Source of the DNA: Chiloscyllium plagiosum
Lineage: Eukaryota
Assembly (NCBI RefSeq): GCF_004010195.1
Contig: NC_057746.1
Span: 9,375,183 to 9,439,182 of the forward strand
DNA: 64,000 bases
Direction of reading: 5' to 3'
The notes beneath the pieces are model-generated. The model was not told the DNA's origin. It searched no databases and was given only the letters and a program-made list of their open reading frames with translations. Of this stretch, positions 36,800 to 50,404 are shown in pieces; within the stretch, counting starts at the first letter, position 1; each line of letters begins with the position of its first letter. The position numbers and the translations under genes are program-made.

Positions 36800-38025
36800 T
36801 GGAAACATTTCTGATGGACAAAATTAACTTCAGAGGCAAGGATCAATCAAGGATTGTCAGCATAGCTTTAAGGGGGACTACATGCCTAAAAAATTTGAAT
36901 TTTTTTGAGGTGGTTCCGTGGTGTGTAGATGTGGGTAGTGCAGTTTATAAGTCTGTGTGGACATTAGTAAGATTTTTGACAAAGTTTTATATGGCAGACT
37001 AGTTAGGAAGGTAAGTGTCCATGGGATCCAGGGCAATTTGGTAAATTGGAATTGGCATATTGGCAGGATGTGGAGTGTAAAAGCTGGAAAAGGTTCTTGT
37101 GACTGGAAGCCTGTGACTAGTGCATACCACAGGGTTCAGTGCCTGTTCCTTGCTGTTTGTAATCTACATTAATAGTTTAGATATGAAGGGAGGAGATATG
37201 ATCTGTAAGTTTGTGCAGTGGTAAATAGTGAGGAGGAATGCTTGAGGGTACAGAATACATGGTCAGATGGGCTGAAGAGTGGCAAATGGGATTTAATCCT
37301 GAAAAGTGTGAGATGGTGCATTTTGGGAGAACTGCCAAAGCAAGGAAGTATAGTTAGAATGGACTATGGTAGTTCAGAAGATTCAAGAGACCTTCAAGTG
37401 CATGTCCAAGGCTGTTAAGAAGACATATAGGATACTTGCCTTGCATTAAATACAAGAGCAGGGAGATTATGATGCAGCTGTAAAAGACATTGATCCATAG
37501 TTGGAGGACTGTGTGCAGTTCTGGTTGCCGCAGTATAGGATGGATATAGTTGCACAAGAGAGGGAGATTCACCAGGGTGTTGCCTGAGCTGGAATGATGC
37601 AGCAATGATGAGAGACTAGGTAGGCTGAGATTGCTAAGAGCACAGAAGGCTGACTGGGGACAGGGTTGAGATGTACAAATAATCAGGAGCATAGATGAGG
37701 AGAAAATTATTCCTGTTCGTAGAGGGGCCAATAACCATGGTGCACAGTTGTAAGCTAAGGAGCTGAAAGTTAGAGGAGATTTGAAGCAATATGTTTTTCA
37801 GCTGGAACATTGTGGGTATCTTGAACTCACTGCCTAAAAGAGTGATGGAGGTGGGAATCAACAAGATATTGAAGAAATATTTAGATGAGCACTTGAAAAG
37901 CTAAAGCATAGAAGGTCATGAAGCAACTGCTAGGAAATGGGATTAGAAAGATGTTTGATGACCATTGTGGAAATAATGGTCTGAATAGCCATTTCCTGGG
38001 CTGTAAAAGGCTCTATGTCTCTATG
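36800..38025 (+). mobile_element. Old degenerate CR1 fragment
   Basis: DISKIFDKV and HGIQGNLVNW remnants; ctctatg tail. Confidence 0.75.
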
Positions 38026-39253
38026 ATTGCGTGTTATTAGGTCACCCTGTGGCCTTTTCGACACAAAAGAGACCCAGCTTGTTGATCCTTTCCTGTTATG
38101 TATGCTTGTGCAATATTATTGTAGCCTCTACTCCCTCTCCATCCCCTCGATAATATTTTCATTATACCCAAATGTGAACAGTACTAGTCTCATAAATTCA
38201 TTGAGTTAAATGTATTTTTGTTATGATCTACACATTATTATTTGGTTTGAAATACTATAATGCTTATGAGCTGTATTGAATAAATTTGGATTTCTGGCAG
38301 GTTTTCTGAAGAGGAAAGTGTTAAAGAGCCATGATAGTTGAAACATGAACATATCTGCAGAGGGCGGATGTGGGTTTCAGTTCTGATGACTCACTCAAGG
38401 GTGAAGATAAGTAACCACTAAAGTGCAGTAAGTCACAGTTATTGATGATAGTTCAGGTCAAAATAAAAGAGACCTTAGCATGGTTATAAGCTGTAAAAAT
38501 GCAACTTGGAGGGATAGAAAAAATGTATCAAGAGTACTGAGGGTTAAAATGAGCAACAAGCAAAACAATTGAGGTGACAGTTGTCATGGTTGAGAAGAGA
38601 CAAAACTATGGGTTCCCTCACTGGACAGTGAGAAGGAAGGTGGATGAAATGTGTAGTTTAGTGCAGAATTGAAGAAAAAATTAGCCTCTACCTTCTTTCT
38701 CTCTGTGTCCCATTGAAGTCATAAATAGTCACACAGAAGAGATGAAAGTGATTCTATGACAGGTTTGTGCGTAGATATTGTTGCCTCGAAAGTGGTCAGT
38801 TAATCTGGTCATACAGCTTTCTCAACTGGATCTCCAGATGTGACAAAAATTACAGAATGGTGATGAATCACACAAGAGTACCATGGTGTGCTCATCTGTA
38901 GAAGCAAGAAATAAATTAGAAAGAGGGTTTTATTCAGATATACCTGATTTTCAAATCTCCCTGTGAGTTTAGAAAAATGACAAGTTTGAGACAGACACAA
39001 TTTAACCTGTACCCTTAGATATCTGAACATAAAATTTGAGCGGTACATACATCAAAACCATCCCAATGTTCGACCCAATTCCCATGTTTCTGTGATAGTC
39101 CTGCGTTCTCCCCATTACCTTGAGTCAATTCCAAGCTAATCCCACTGCTCTACTCTCTCCTCATCGACCTATAAGAACCCCAAATAAATCCCATTGCTCC
39201 ACTCTCTTTCCATAGATCCCAAAAAACTTACTATTATACTCTCTCCTCCTATC

Positions 39254-39552
39254 CCACTGCTGCCTCACAGCACCTGGGTTCAATTCCAACCTCAGGCAAC
39301 TGTCTGTGTGGAGTTTGCAAATTTTCCCCGTGTCTGTGTGGGTGTTCTCTGGGTGCTCCGGTTTCCTCCCACAATCCAAAGATGTGCAGGTTAGGTGAAT
39401 TGGCCATGCTAAATTGTCTATAGTGTTCAGGGATGTGTAGGTTCGGTGCATTAATCAGGGGGTAAATGTAAAGTGGGAGGGTCTGGGTGGGTTAATCTTT
39501 GGAGGGTCAGTTGGACCAAATGGCCTGTTTCTACACTATATGGATTCTATGA
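39254..39552 (+). mobile_element. HE1/V-SINE-type SINE
   Basis: Central domain and tail present. Confidence 0.85.
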
Positions 39553-41048
39553 TATCCCTGTTTTCTGGAATCAGCTTTTGTCCCGGTTCTTATTTTACTA
39601 GACTACATTTGCCCCAGAAATCAGCTAAGTATCAATTTCAGGGAGGTTCATGAAGACTTGCATTCTGTGATTCCCAGCATGTTTTCTCTCCCATTTTTAC
39701 TTTGCTCACCTCATTAAGTGTACACCATGAATTCACAGGGACGATCTTATACGATCCAGTGAAACATTCGCTGATGCTGGGACATTCTGGCATTCACAGC
39801 ACTGGCAGTATGTTTATTTCTGGCTGTACCCTTTGTCAAACTCTGCCTGTCTGCTCTTCAGCAACCACTTGAGTCATTGCGGTGTTCTCGATTTGCAGGA
39901 ATGTGCAGAAGTGTTGCAAGAAGCTTAGGGATCTTCTTTATTCCTCAACAGTAAATGTCCCCATCTCCTCTTTGGTACATCATGTAAATTCCAACCCTGC
40001 CATTATACTCACCTTCCACCAAAGCTGATGGTCTATCACTCTCAGTATTGCATGCATTATCTTCCTTCAACTGCTTTCATCCTGTTTCCCCCAAACTATT
40101 AACCATTGCTTCACTCTGCACTTTCTAGTCACTCACTCAGGCCACCTCACAACCTTTCTTGTCTGATGACCCTGACTGACAATAGGCCCACTTGACTGTT
40201 CATTGCTGCCGAACATGACAAGCCACCTGGCTGTTTGACCATTATAAAATGTGAGCCAAAGCAAGGTAGAGAATATATGCTGTGAGTGTCCAAGTAAGCA
40301 CAAGGTGAGGGAGTGTTACAAAAACAAGCTCAGAGCTCAGAGCCGATCCCCTGTTCCTGACAATGTCAATGACTGCAATGTCAAGATGCCAGTGAGCTCC
40401 AAAGTGCTGGACTGTTTTGTAAATACGTGTTATGGTGAGGGGATGAAGCTGCTGTTTTGCCAATGGCTGAAGATGATAGGTGCAGGTGGTCACTGGGCAT
40501 GGAGTCTGCGCTGGGTTATTGTTGACCATGATGGAGGCTTGGAGAAGATGTTGGAGAGCTGCAGCCACCAAATACCTATTCAGCTTTCCATTTTTCAAAC
40601 TGTCACCACCTAGTTTCTCCATATGACCTGGGAAACTCGCAATTTTAAACAAGGCAAGATTAAGTAATAATCAGACATTAATACATGAGAACAGGCCTCT
40701 TGCTGCTAACCAGCCTGACTCTCACTGAGACATTAAAACCTTGTGTGGAAGATGGGACTTTGATTTTTCCAACATTGAGGATCTTGTTTTTTTCAATTTT
40801 CACCATACGTTCTAAACTGACTTGCCTATGCCCACCTCACTCAGGGGCAGGGAAGATTCTGTCACCATTCAACATAACCCCCCCCTTCTTTCCAGTCCTG
40901 CTTGCTTTCCCTATTTCTGCACTTGCTTATGAGGTATTTCATGCAGTATCTTCCAGATCTCATGAAAGGCCAGTTACCAGAAACATTCGGCTGAATCTTT
41001 GGCTTGTTGCTCAGAGTCAGTTTCATCGAATTTCAAGGAGGAGTTCTG

Positions 41049-41364
41049 ATTAGATTAGATTAGATTCCCTACAATGTGGAAACAGGCCCTTCAGCCCAAC
41101 AAGTCCACATCGACTCTCCGAAGAGTAACTCACCCAGACCCATTTCCCCTTTGACTAATGCAGCTAACACTATGGGCAATTTGAATGGCCAATTCATCTG
41201 ACCTGCACATCTTTGGACTGTGAGAGGAAATCGGAGCACCCAGAGGGGACCCACGCAGATACTGTGTGCAAACTCTGCACAGACAGCCACCAAAGGCTGG
41301 AATCGATACTGGGTCCTTGGTGCTGTGAGGCAGTAGTGCTAACCACTGAGCCATCGTGCCACCC
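41049..41364 (-). mobile_element. HE1/V-SINE-type SINE
   Basis: Reverse copy with (attag)n tail. Confidence 0.88.
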
Positions 41365-41456
41365 ATTCTCTCCGAAAGGCCTAACGAGTCTCCTGATTCA
41401 ATTATCAAATCCCACCTCATTAGCTACTGAGCCTGCTGCTGTGGTGCACGACTCGT

Positions 41457-41771
41457 GGGCGGCACGGTGGCACAGTGGTTAGCACTGTTGCCTCACAGCG
41501 CCAGAGACCCGGGTTCAATTCCCGCCTCAGGCGACTGACTGTGTGGAGTTTGCACGTTCTCCCCGTGTCTGCGTGGGTTTCCTCCGGGTGCTCCGGTTTC
41601 CTCCCACAATCCAAAAAATGTGCAGGTTAGGCAAATTGGCCATGCTAAATTGCCCGTAGTGTTAGATGAAGGGGTAATGGGTCTGGGTGGGTTACGCTTC
41701 GGCGGGTCGGTGTGGACTTGTTGGGCCGAAGGGCCTGTTTCCACACTGTAAGTAATCTAATCTAATCTAAT
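41457..41771 (+). mobile_element. Young full-length HE1/V-SINE-type SINE
   Basis: CpGs retained, A/B boxes (tggcacagtgg / ggttcaattcc), (taatc)n tail. Confidence 0.92.
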
Positions 41772-42136
41772 CATCTAACACTAGCCCACTTTTGCCACTC
41801 TGCTCTTAATTCGCAGCTTGTGTCACCAAAGCAGATGACCTCGGGTCTTTTCGCATGGCTGTTTGTGGAAGCTTGCTGTGCACAAAACGGTTCCCCAATT
41901 TCCCTCATTGAAAGAATGGTTAGTAGTAAAGTGTACCCCTGCTGCAAAAAACAGTCTCCACTCCCTGGTAACTAGTGACCAGAATAATCTTTTCAGTCCG
42001 ACTGGATCCAGTTATCAGACCTGCTGCAAATGAGCGTCAATAGCTAGCATCAGCACAGCGTGGTATTCAATTGCACGCCAGATTATGTTACTGTAGCAGG
42101 AGCTTCTCTGCTGGTTAAACAGTGGGTCTTTACAAC

Positions 42137-42188
42137 ATGCTGCTTGTTACTTTACTGCACGTTTACTGTGTGTTCATAGTCTCCTCAG
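42137..42188 (+). CDS. MHC class I heavy chain, exon 1 (signal peptide MLLVTLLHVYCVFIVSS)
   Basis: acaacATG context, 17 hydrophobic codons ending V-S-S, strong phase 1 donor G|gtaagc matching the alpha1 exon. Not in the ORF track. Confidence 0.78.
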
Positions 42189-44654
42189 GTAAGCAGTTCA
42201 AACAGCTGACATATGTGGATAGAATTGAAAGTTACCCCAAGATTTCAGCGTCAAAATATAGCATTGAGAGTCTGTTCAGGCTTTGAATGTTTCATTGTCC
42301 TGGGTGTGTGAATGATCCAGGGCAAGGGTCCTCTCTGTACCAGGAGTAAGAGAATTGCTGCCAGAAGTTGTGATAAAGATTCGTTTGCTAAGCTCAGGAT
42401 CCGGGCAGCTGTTTGTGGAGATATATCTATTGTCAATGAAGTCTTAGAGCTGTAACTTGGAATTCGAATGAAAAGAAGTGAAGGTGAGGGGAGGGGAGAA
42501 TAATTGGGAATGCTAATGGAATTTAAAGGGAGGAATGACATTATGAAGGAAACGGAGAGAAAATGTAAAATGGCAAGGTCAGGGAAAGGAACTCTGCACC
42601 ACACTTGGGTGATGTTTTAAGGAATGTTTTACTCATGCCAAGGTCAAGGTCAGCATCTGAACCTGAACTGAGGAACAGAAGTGAAACCAACCCACAATTG
42701 TGGCATTGAAGTGGGGGTGGCAGGAAAGGGAGGGGGGGGGGTGGGAGATGGTGGAAGTAGAGGGATGGGCCATTTCGGCTGAAGGGAGGGGCAAGGTTGG
42801 CTTGCATTTCAGCAGCAGCTAAAGTGCAGTGAGTTCTTTTTATGAGTGAACGTTATTCCTTTGGCTCTGACCTTCGCCGGTTCTCGGGAAGATAGTCATT
42901 GACTATGTTGAAGGCAGAAGTCAACAGGTTTCTAGATATTCTTGACATCAAAGGATATGAGATAATCTTGGGCAAATGATGTCAAAGTCGAAGATGAGCC
43001 TGAATCTGGAATTGAGGGGCTGCTCCTTCCATTTTCCATTCCACATTTTGCTTCCTACCAATTTGCTGCTTCTGGTGGTGAGGGTGGAGGAGATCTGCCA
43101 CAAACATGAGTGATGATGTGACAATGCAGAAACGGAATGCATAAATGGGTCATTGTTTGTTTTGCAGGAGGTGACCGATGGTGTCCCATGAGGCTCTGTG
43201 CTGGAGCTTTGACTGTTCCCTTTTGACATAGATGAGGGGAATGCAGGCACGGTAGCTCAATTTTCAAGTGACACAAAGCTAAGTAAGAAAGAATGCTGTG
43301 AAGAAAGCACAAGGAGCAGACTCTTCCCAGCCCCTGAACGATGCAGGGAAGTAGGGGAAATTGCAGCAGATGGCCAGCAAGCAGCATATCAACATCAAGA
43401 GCAACAGGTTCCACTTTCCAACGAAGTGTTTAAGATTGAATGGTGAGAGGTCTACTCACTACCACCTCACTATTAGTTAAATTCACTTCAATATTACCCA
43501 GTTTCCCACTCTCCCATTTGATGGACAGAAACTGAATGATGTTAACTAATTTCTAACTAATCTGATTTAATGCAGTCAGATGCACCCTAAGTACAGTGAC
43601 AAGTTTTGCTTTGCTAGCAGTACAAGCAGATCATAGCAAACAAGGGCATGCAAATCATAGGATGCTAAGACAGAGCGGGGCATACAGGAGGTGCACAATT
43701 CCAAACACAAAAGTCAGAACCGTTTTTTAGCAGCTCCAGCTAGCTGCTAACTCCTCTGGATGTCTGTCTTGGACACACTTGATAGGCATCAAGTGCATGG
43801 ACCCCCATCTGCAGAATTTGATATCAAACTTGTATGAGCCTCACTGCACCCTCATGATCCATCTCTGATCCACTAATAGAATTTCTCTGCACTTTAGTCT
43901 TGCACCTTTAATTGGAAGGTAACTGCAAGGACACATTGGGTGCAGGGATAGCACCCAGCACATGGACTGGACCGGGCTGCATCTTGGGGTTTGCTCAGTT
44001 GTTCTCTGAGTACTCATTGATTTTGTGTCTACTTTGATGCCTTGCCTTGCATTATTGCATTTCACATTGTAACAGCACCTTTGAATGGCCCAGTTCTGCT
44101 CCTATGTCTCATCTGAGATATGGGGTATACATGTTACTGCACAGCACTGTGCTATGTCAGTTTCACAGCTACAGCATACAGCAGCAGATTTCACAGCAAA
44201 CTTACTCCGAGTGCTTGAATCAAATGGCTGTGCCTCAAAGTTTAAAGGGAGTAGTCCTCAGACATGTCAAAGTTGGTGCTGGGAGCTGTCTGCTCACAGC
44301 TCAGAGGCTTGGGCATGGTCAGCCATCTGTTTGCGGCAGTCAGGATCAGGGGGTCTGTCTCGCCATAGTTCAGAGAGGAAATAATGGGCAGTCCGCAGGT
44401 GGATGTCAGGGGATTCATTGGAAGGCAGCTGGGGAGTTTATCAGAGATTAGTCAGAGTCAGGTCAATCATCATTTGGGGCTGTTCCTCCACATTGACAAG
44501 GGCAGTAGGCCACTGTCAGTCCTTGAGGTCAATGGAATGAAAATGAAGGGAACACTTGGAAAGTGGGACAACTCAATACTGGGGATTGGACGCAAGTGGG
44601 CAAGCTTGGCGAAGGGAGGAATTTGGAAATATAAGCATTTGGATATTTAAACAT

Positions 44655-44957
44655 CAATTACTTACAGTATGGAAACAGGCCCTTCAGCCCAACAAGTCCA
44701 CACCGACCCTCTGAAGAGCAACCCACCCAGACCCATTCCCCTATATTTAGCCCTTCGTCTAACACTACGGGAAATTGAGCATAGCCAATTCACTTAACCG
44801 GCACATTTTTGGACTGTAGGAGGAAACCAGAGCAAACCCACGCAGATATGGGGAGAATGTGCAAACTTCACACAGACAGTTACCTGAGGCGGGTATTGAA
44901 CCCAGGTCTCTGGTGCTGTGAGGCAACAGTGCTAACCACTGTGCCACCGTGCTGCCC
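44655..44957 (-). mobile_element. HE1/V-SINE-type SINE
   Basis: Near full-length reverse copy. Confidence 0.88.
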
Positions 44958-46289
44958 AAATGTGCAATGAAGTGTTCGCAGTGCCTTGCTACGTGCAAGG
45001 TAAAGGAGATACCCTAGACTGTCAGCCATTGACCAGTTGCAAAGCTAGGCTACAAAGATGTTAAATGTCATGGACCCCGAGATATCCTGGCAGTGGCAAA
45101 TACTTCGGCTTATGGTGAGTGGGAGCATAGAATGAGTTGGGTGCCATAAGGATATGGTGCAGAGTTAATGATGTGAGTTTGGGACAATAGCTGTATCACT
45201 CACAAAGCAATATTTTCACTGCATATGTTTGAAAATAATAAACCAAATCAAAATCAAAACCTACTCAGCTCTTGGAGTGTCTACCTAAAATGACACTTAG
45301 CCAATTTCAAATAAGATTCAGCCCAAGGAGATTGCAGACAGTTACAAATAGTTTGAGTGAGCAGGTACAAATCTGGAAGAAGGAGTATATCATCGGAAAA
45401 TACGAAATTGTTCACTTTGGCAGGAAGAATAAGAAAGCAGGGTATCACTAAAGCAGAGAGCAACTACAGAATTCTGAGGCATGGAGTGATCTCAATGTTC
45501 TTATGTATGACTCACAGAAAGTTAATATACAAGTACAGCACCTAATCAGGCAGGTTAATGCAGACTATTCATGATTACAAAATAAATTAAATATAAATGC
45601 TCTGCTTCAGGTATACAAAGCTTTTTGGTGAGACCGTATCTCAAATACTGTGCGCTGTTTACTTAAGGAAGGATGTAAATACATTGGAGAGGTGTTTTAC
45701 TACATTGATACCTTGAATGAGTGGCTTGTCCAATGAGGATAGATTGGAGAGGGTAGGCTTATGTTGACTGGATATTTGCATATATTGTGGGAAATGGTGT
45801 TCTTCCTCCTCCGCAACACCCCAATCCTTCCCAAAATTCACCACTTCCTTAGAACTGATTTAAGGACTGATTTTGCTCTCCTTTTCAAGCCCGCACAGGC
45901 CTCTGTCCTTGCCATCTCTCCAGTCTCATGTCCCTACTTACTATTTTCTCTGCTCCTACTCTGTGTTATGCTTACCCACCCATCTCTATTAACTATGTCC
46001 TAGTGGTTATTCCTTCAGTCTGTCATGTCCCTGCCCTTTATCAATGCATCTGCCCTAAGTCTTCCTTCCTTCTGGAAAAAAAATTCTTGGATCTTCTTGT
46101 GTGTGATTGTCCTTTTGTGGTTTCCTTTCTGTATCTCTGCATACACAAAGAATGGTGTATTAATGTGACCTGTTGCATGCAGTAAAAACCTGTCTCCCTT
46201 GAGCCTGTTACACCACTCAATTATAGTTTAGCAGATCTTAACTGTGTGTAGTCACCTTGGTCCCATAGCTCTCAAAGAGGCACATCAGG

Positions 46290-46930
46290 CAGTAAAGAAG
46301 GCAACTAGTATGTCGGCCTTCATAGCGAGAATATACAGGAGCAGTGATGCCTTTCTGCAATTGTACAGGGTTGGTGAGACCACACCTGAAGAGTATTATG
46401 AGTAGTTTTCTGTTTCCTTATCTGAGGAAGGATATTCTGGCTCTGGTGGGAATGTAACAGGAGATTTACCAGTCTGATTCCCAGGATGGCAGGACTGATA
46501 TATTAAGAGAGATTGGATTGGAAAGGACTACATTCACTGAAGTTTAGAAGACTGAGGGAGATCTCTTAGAAAGCTACAAAATTCTAATAGAACCAGACAG
46601 GGCAAATGCAGGAATGTTCCTAATGACTGGGCAGTACAGACCGAGGCGTCACAGTCTAGAGATAAGGGATTAGAACTGAGATGAGGAGAAATGTTTTCAT
46701 CCAGAGAGTGGTGAGCTTTTGGAATTTTCTGCTGCAGAAGGTGCTGGAGACCAAAGTATTGAATGTTTTTAAGAAGGAGCTAGATATATTTCTTCAGGTG
46801 TAAGGGATCAAAGGGTATGGGAAAGAAGTGGAAAGAAGGAACTGAGTTGGATGATCAGCCATAATCATATTGAATGCAGCACAGGCTTCAAAATTCAAAT
46901 GGCCTACTCCTGCTTCCATTTTCATGTAAA
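46290..46930 (+). mobile_element. CR1 3' fragment
   Basis: ttggtgagaccacacctg...tggcctactcctgct tail. Confidence 0.8.
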
Positions 46931-47964
46931 CTCCTCGCATAGCAGAATTCTTGCAATCTGTTCCCAAACATGTCAGTGGCCCTCCAGCTTCAATTGTTTT
47001 TGCAGGGAATGAGTTGCAGATTTCTAGTCTCCTCGGCATGAAGTGCTTTCTAACATCATTGGTGCCTCATTCAGGGCTCACTCTCCAGAGAAAATTTCTT
47101 GATATTTGATCATTAAACGTGGGCCTCACTGGAAAAAAAAATGCGACATTTATTGTCCGCCACTATTCATTTCATCGATCCAACCTATCAAATTCTTAAT
47201 CATTAAGATTTCGGAACCCCACACTCTTCACTATTGAAGGGAAACTTATTCTAATCTGTACAAGTCAGTCTCATATTTCAAAGTTCTGAACTCTGGAGTC
47301 AAATCACTTCACAAAAGAAATGAAGTTTTCCACAAGACACCAGTGATTAGACAGCAGACTATTTCAATGGCTGTGGGGCCTTTCAGGATGTCTTGAGGTT
47401 GGGTGAGGTCCAATGCAAATGTGAATTACTTCTGAACCTCCTCCTTCTACATTAGCAGGACGACACTGATGTTGGTGCAGATTCTAATATTGTCCTTTGC
47501 TTCATTCTCCTGCTCACAGAAACACAATGAACTTTGGAACTGCCTAATCTGTTGCTTCAGCCCAAGATCTTTTTTTCATGTCTGAGCAAATACTGTAGTT
47601 TATTGCAATCTCTGAATGAGTCAAGGCCAAAACGAACTTGTGTTTCTGCTTATACGGAGAATTAGGTGCTGAACTGATGATCCCTCAAGCACTGTCAAAG
47701 TTAACTTATCTTAAAGCATATTTTTAATAAATTGGCCTATATTGGACAATGTCAGAGTGATATCTTAACTGTCTGACTTATATGTACATATTTTGACATA
47801 ATTTATTTTAAATTTGGGCTCTACATTTTTAGTTAGTAACCTCTCTTTTTTCTGTGTCTGAAGTTATTAATTAACTTACATTTCTGGAGCCATGTTGTGA
47901 ACTCCATTGGTAGCCTAAGTGCTTTCTGTTTACTTTAGAAGCTTATAATCTATTAAATTGGGCA

Positions 47965-48150
47965 GATTAGATTAGATTAAATTCCCTACAGTAGGGAAAC
48001 AAGCTCTTCGGCCCAACAAGTCCCTATCGACCCTCCAAAGAGTAACCCACCCAGACCCATTCCACTATCCTATATTTACCTCTGACTAAAGCACCAAACA
48101 CTATGGGCAACTTAGCATGGCCAATTCATCTGACCCGCACATCTTTGGAT
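47965..48150 (-). mobile_element. SINE 3' fragment
   Basis: (attag)n tail plus 3' half of HE1-type SINE. Confidence 0.8.
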
Positions 48151-49274
48151 GGGCAATTGTACCTCAAAACTTAAGTTTGAAATATATGGATTTTGTTTTT
48201 GTTTTCAGGTGATCAGAAACCTAACTTCGAGGGAGATTTTCGGTCTCAATTTTAGTTTGAATGGGGAAGTTTGATAAAGTCGTTAGATAGAGATGGTTAC
48301 AAAAAGCAGTGTTCCTTCAAAAGGGGAGAGTATGATGAAACCAGATTACGATACAAGCAGTGAGTTAGTGATAATCCTAAAAATGAAGAGGCGACTTGAC
48401 TACATTTCAGTGTATGTTAGCTCCAGGGAGAAGCTATCAATGTTTTTAATCGAGGAGTTATGTTAGTTACCTTAAATCTATTGAAGTGTTAGGAGAAGGG
48501 CGTCTTTTATGAGAACTGTACCACGGTTGCTGTTCTACAAGGTAACTGTTTTTTTGAAATTTAGGAGTGTCTTAGGATTAATGGGGTAATTCTTTTACTG
48601 TGTGTTTAAAAGGCTCAATTTGTTTTATAAGTAAATAGATTAGTTGGCTTATTCCATTTTGCTTTCATTTCTTTAGCTTAATAAACCTCCATTCTATTGC
48701 TACAACAAATTATGCAACATTTCATGTTTCTGTCTTTATGAGAGACCACTGCAGTTACCCAAAAATGAAGCAAAAATATGATCTATCAAGCCATAACATG
48801 GACTGGGATCCGACTGGTCAAATAATAACATCAACTAGCTTCATCTATGGGAGGAGAATCATACATTTAGAATTTTCTGACATGGATGTCCGGTTTCCAT
48901 TGCAAGAGAAGGCAGGAAATCCTGGCTTCCATATTGCTCTGTTTTAATGTAAATGCTCCAAATCCAACCCTTTGTTCTCTTTGAAGATGCTGATTAGTTT
49001 CGACACTCTGGTTACTGATTCAGCAAGCATTGAGAGGAGTTCATTTCCTATACCAACACATTGATAGTTCACACATTTCGAGCAGATCCTCTCAACCTTC
49101 TCTGTCTCACTGAAAATAATCCGTCCACCTTCACTGCTCCAGCCTCTATGCTCAGGAATGACCTGGGCAAAAATCTACCACAGCCTTTCAATCACAACCT
49201 TGCTATCCTCCTTGACGTGCAAGGTTCAGAATGATCAAGTTTTCAAACCATGCTCTTTGGAAATCTTTGTAAGA

Positions 49275-49510
49275 GGGCGACTGTCTGTGTGGAGTTTGCA
49301 CATTCTCCCCGTGTCTGCATGGGTTTCCTCCCACAGTCCAAAGATGCACAGGTTAGGTGAATTGGCCATGCTAAATACCCCTTAGTGGTAGGTGCATTAG
49401 TCGGGGGTAAATGTAGGGGAATGGGTCTAGATGGGTTGCTCTTTGGAGGGTCGGTGTGGACTTGTTGGGCTGAAGGTCCTGTTTCCACACTGCAGGGAAT
49501 CGAATCTAAT
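49275..49510 (+). mobile_element. 5'-truncated HE1-type SINE
   Basis: Central domain and tail present. Confidence 0.85.
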
Positions 49511-49737
49511 CAAATACTGTGGAGTAGGTTGAAGGAAATCACACGAGATGGGGATCCAGTGGAAAATTAGATCAAGGGAGAATATGATCCATGATGTTAT
49601 TGATTAGCAAGCAGTCTGAGGGGGAATCTGGCTTATTCCTGCTTTTATTCTTTATGTTCAAGTTGAACATTAATCTGTGGCATACTCACAGCCAGTTCTT
49701 TTACAAACAATGGTGTTTCCTCTCTGTGATCCTTCAG

Positions 49738-49998
49738 ATTTTCACATCCTCACATTTTACTATGTGCTGAGCCTTGGCCAGGCTGAGCTGCCTGAGTACA
49801 GTTTGGTGGCGATGCTAGATGACCACCACATAGTCTATTTCGACAGCACCCTGGAGTGGTGTGTACCCAGACAGCAATGGATGGCACAGTCCTTCCCAAA
49901 GGATCACTGGACTATGATGACTATCACCATGGCAGGATTACATGGTCTCGTCAAAGGGAACATTGAGATATTTTACCAACAACACCGCGGAGGTTCTG
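49738..49998 (+). CDS. MHC class I heavy chain, exon 2 (alpha1 domain)
   Basis: Acceptor ccttcag, donor G|gtaggt, 261 nt, phase 1/1. DFHILTFYY...LPEYSLVAMLDD..IVYFDS...VPRQQWM...HW fits the class I alpha1 pattern. Confidence 0.95.
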
Positions 49999-50404
49999 GT
50001 AGGTGTTTTCACAACAATGGCGAAATAACATTGTATTGAGACAGTATCATAGTAATATCCTGAACTGTTACACACTTGATACCTGACGTGGAATTAGCTG
50101 GATGTTGTCACTTTCTGTAATACAGAAGGCATTAGTGCACAGCAAAATCAATGAAGTGGTTCACTTGCTTCTACTTGCGTGTGTTGAGGGAGAAATGAAA
50201 CTGGCAGAATTTCTGGTCGCTTGTGTGAGCAGAGAGAACCTTGATTTAAGTAATCAAAATGATGGCGTTTCTGACAAAGCAACACACACAGTACTGACCT
50301 TCAGACAGTGAAGCAATCTTCAGTACTCCATGTCAAAACATGCAACACTCATGCAGTACTTTACTGTTGTTCTGAAGTTGCACCTTTCCCGAGTATCGTT
50401 CAGT

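Noticed and set aside
38692-38895. Strong minus-strand acceptor followed by YSCVIHHHS (Ig C1-like) or DEHTMVLLC (MHC-like start)
   Set aside because: All three frames hit stops within 30 codons and no partner exons were found. It could be a decayed or non-coding exon but is unsupported.
39700-40650. Possible Harbinger/Myb-like remnant and ORFs 40242/40251
   Set aside because: Too degenerate to support; no recognisable motif in the translations.
41457-41530. tRNA-like sequence
   Set aside because: It is the tRNA-derived head of a SINE, not a tRNA gene.
42015-42045. CRE/X2-like tgagcgtca upstream of the MHC leader
   Set aside because: No properly spaced Y (ATTGG/CCAAT) or convincing X1/S boxes.
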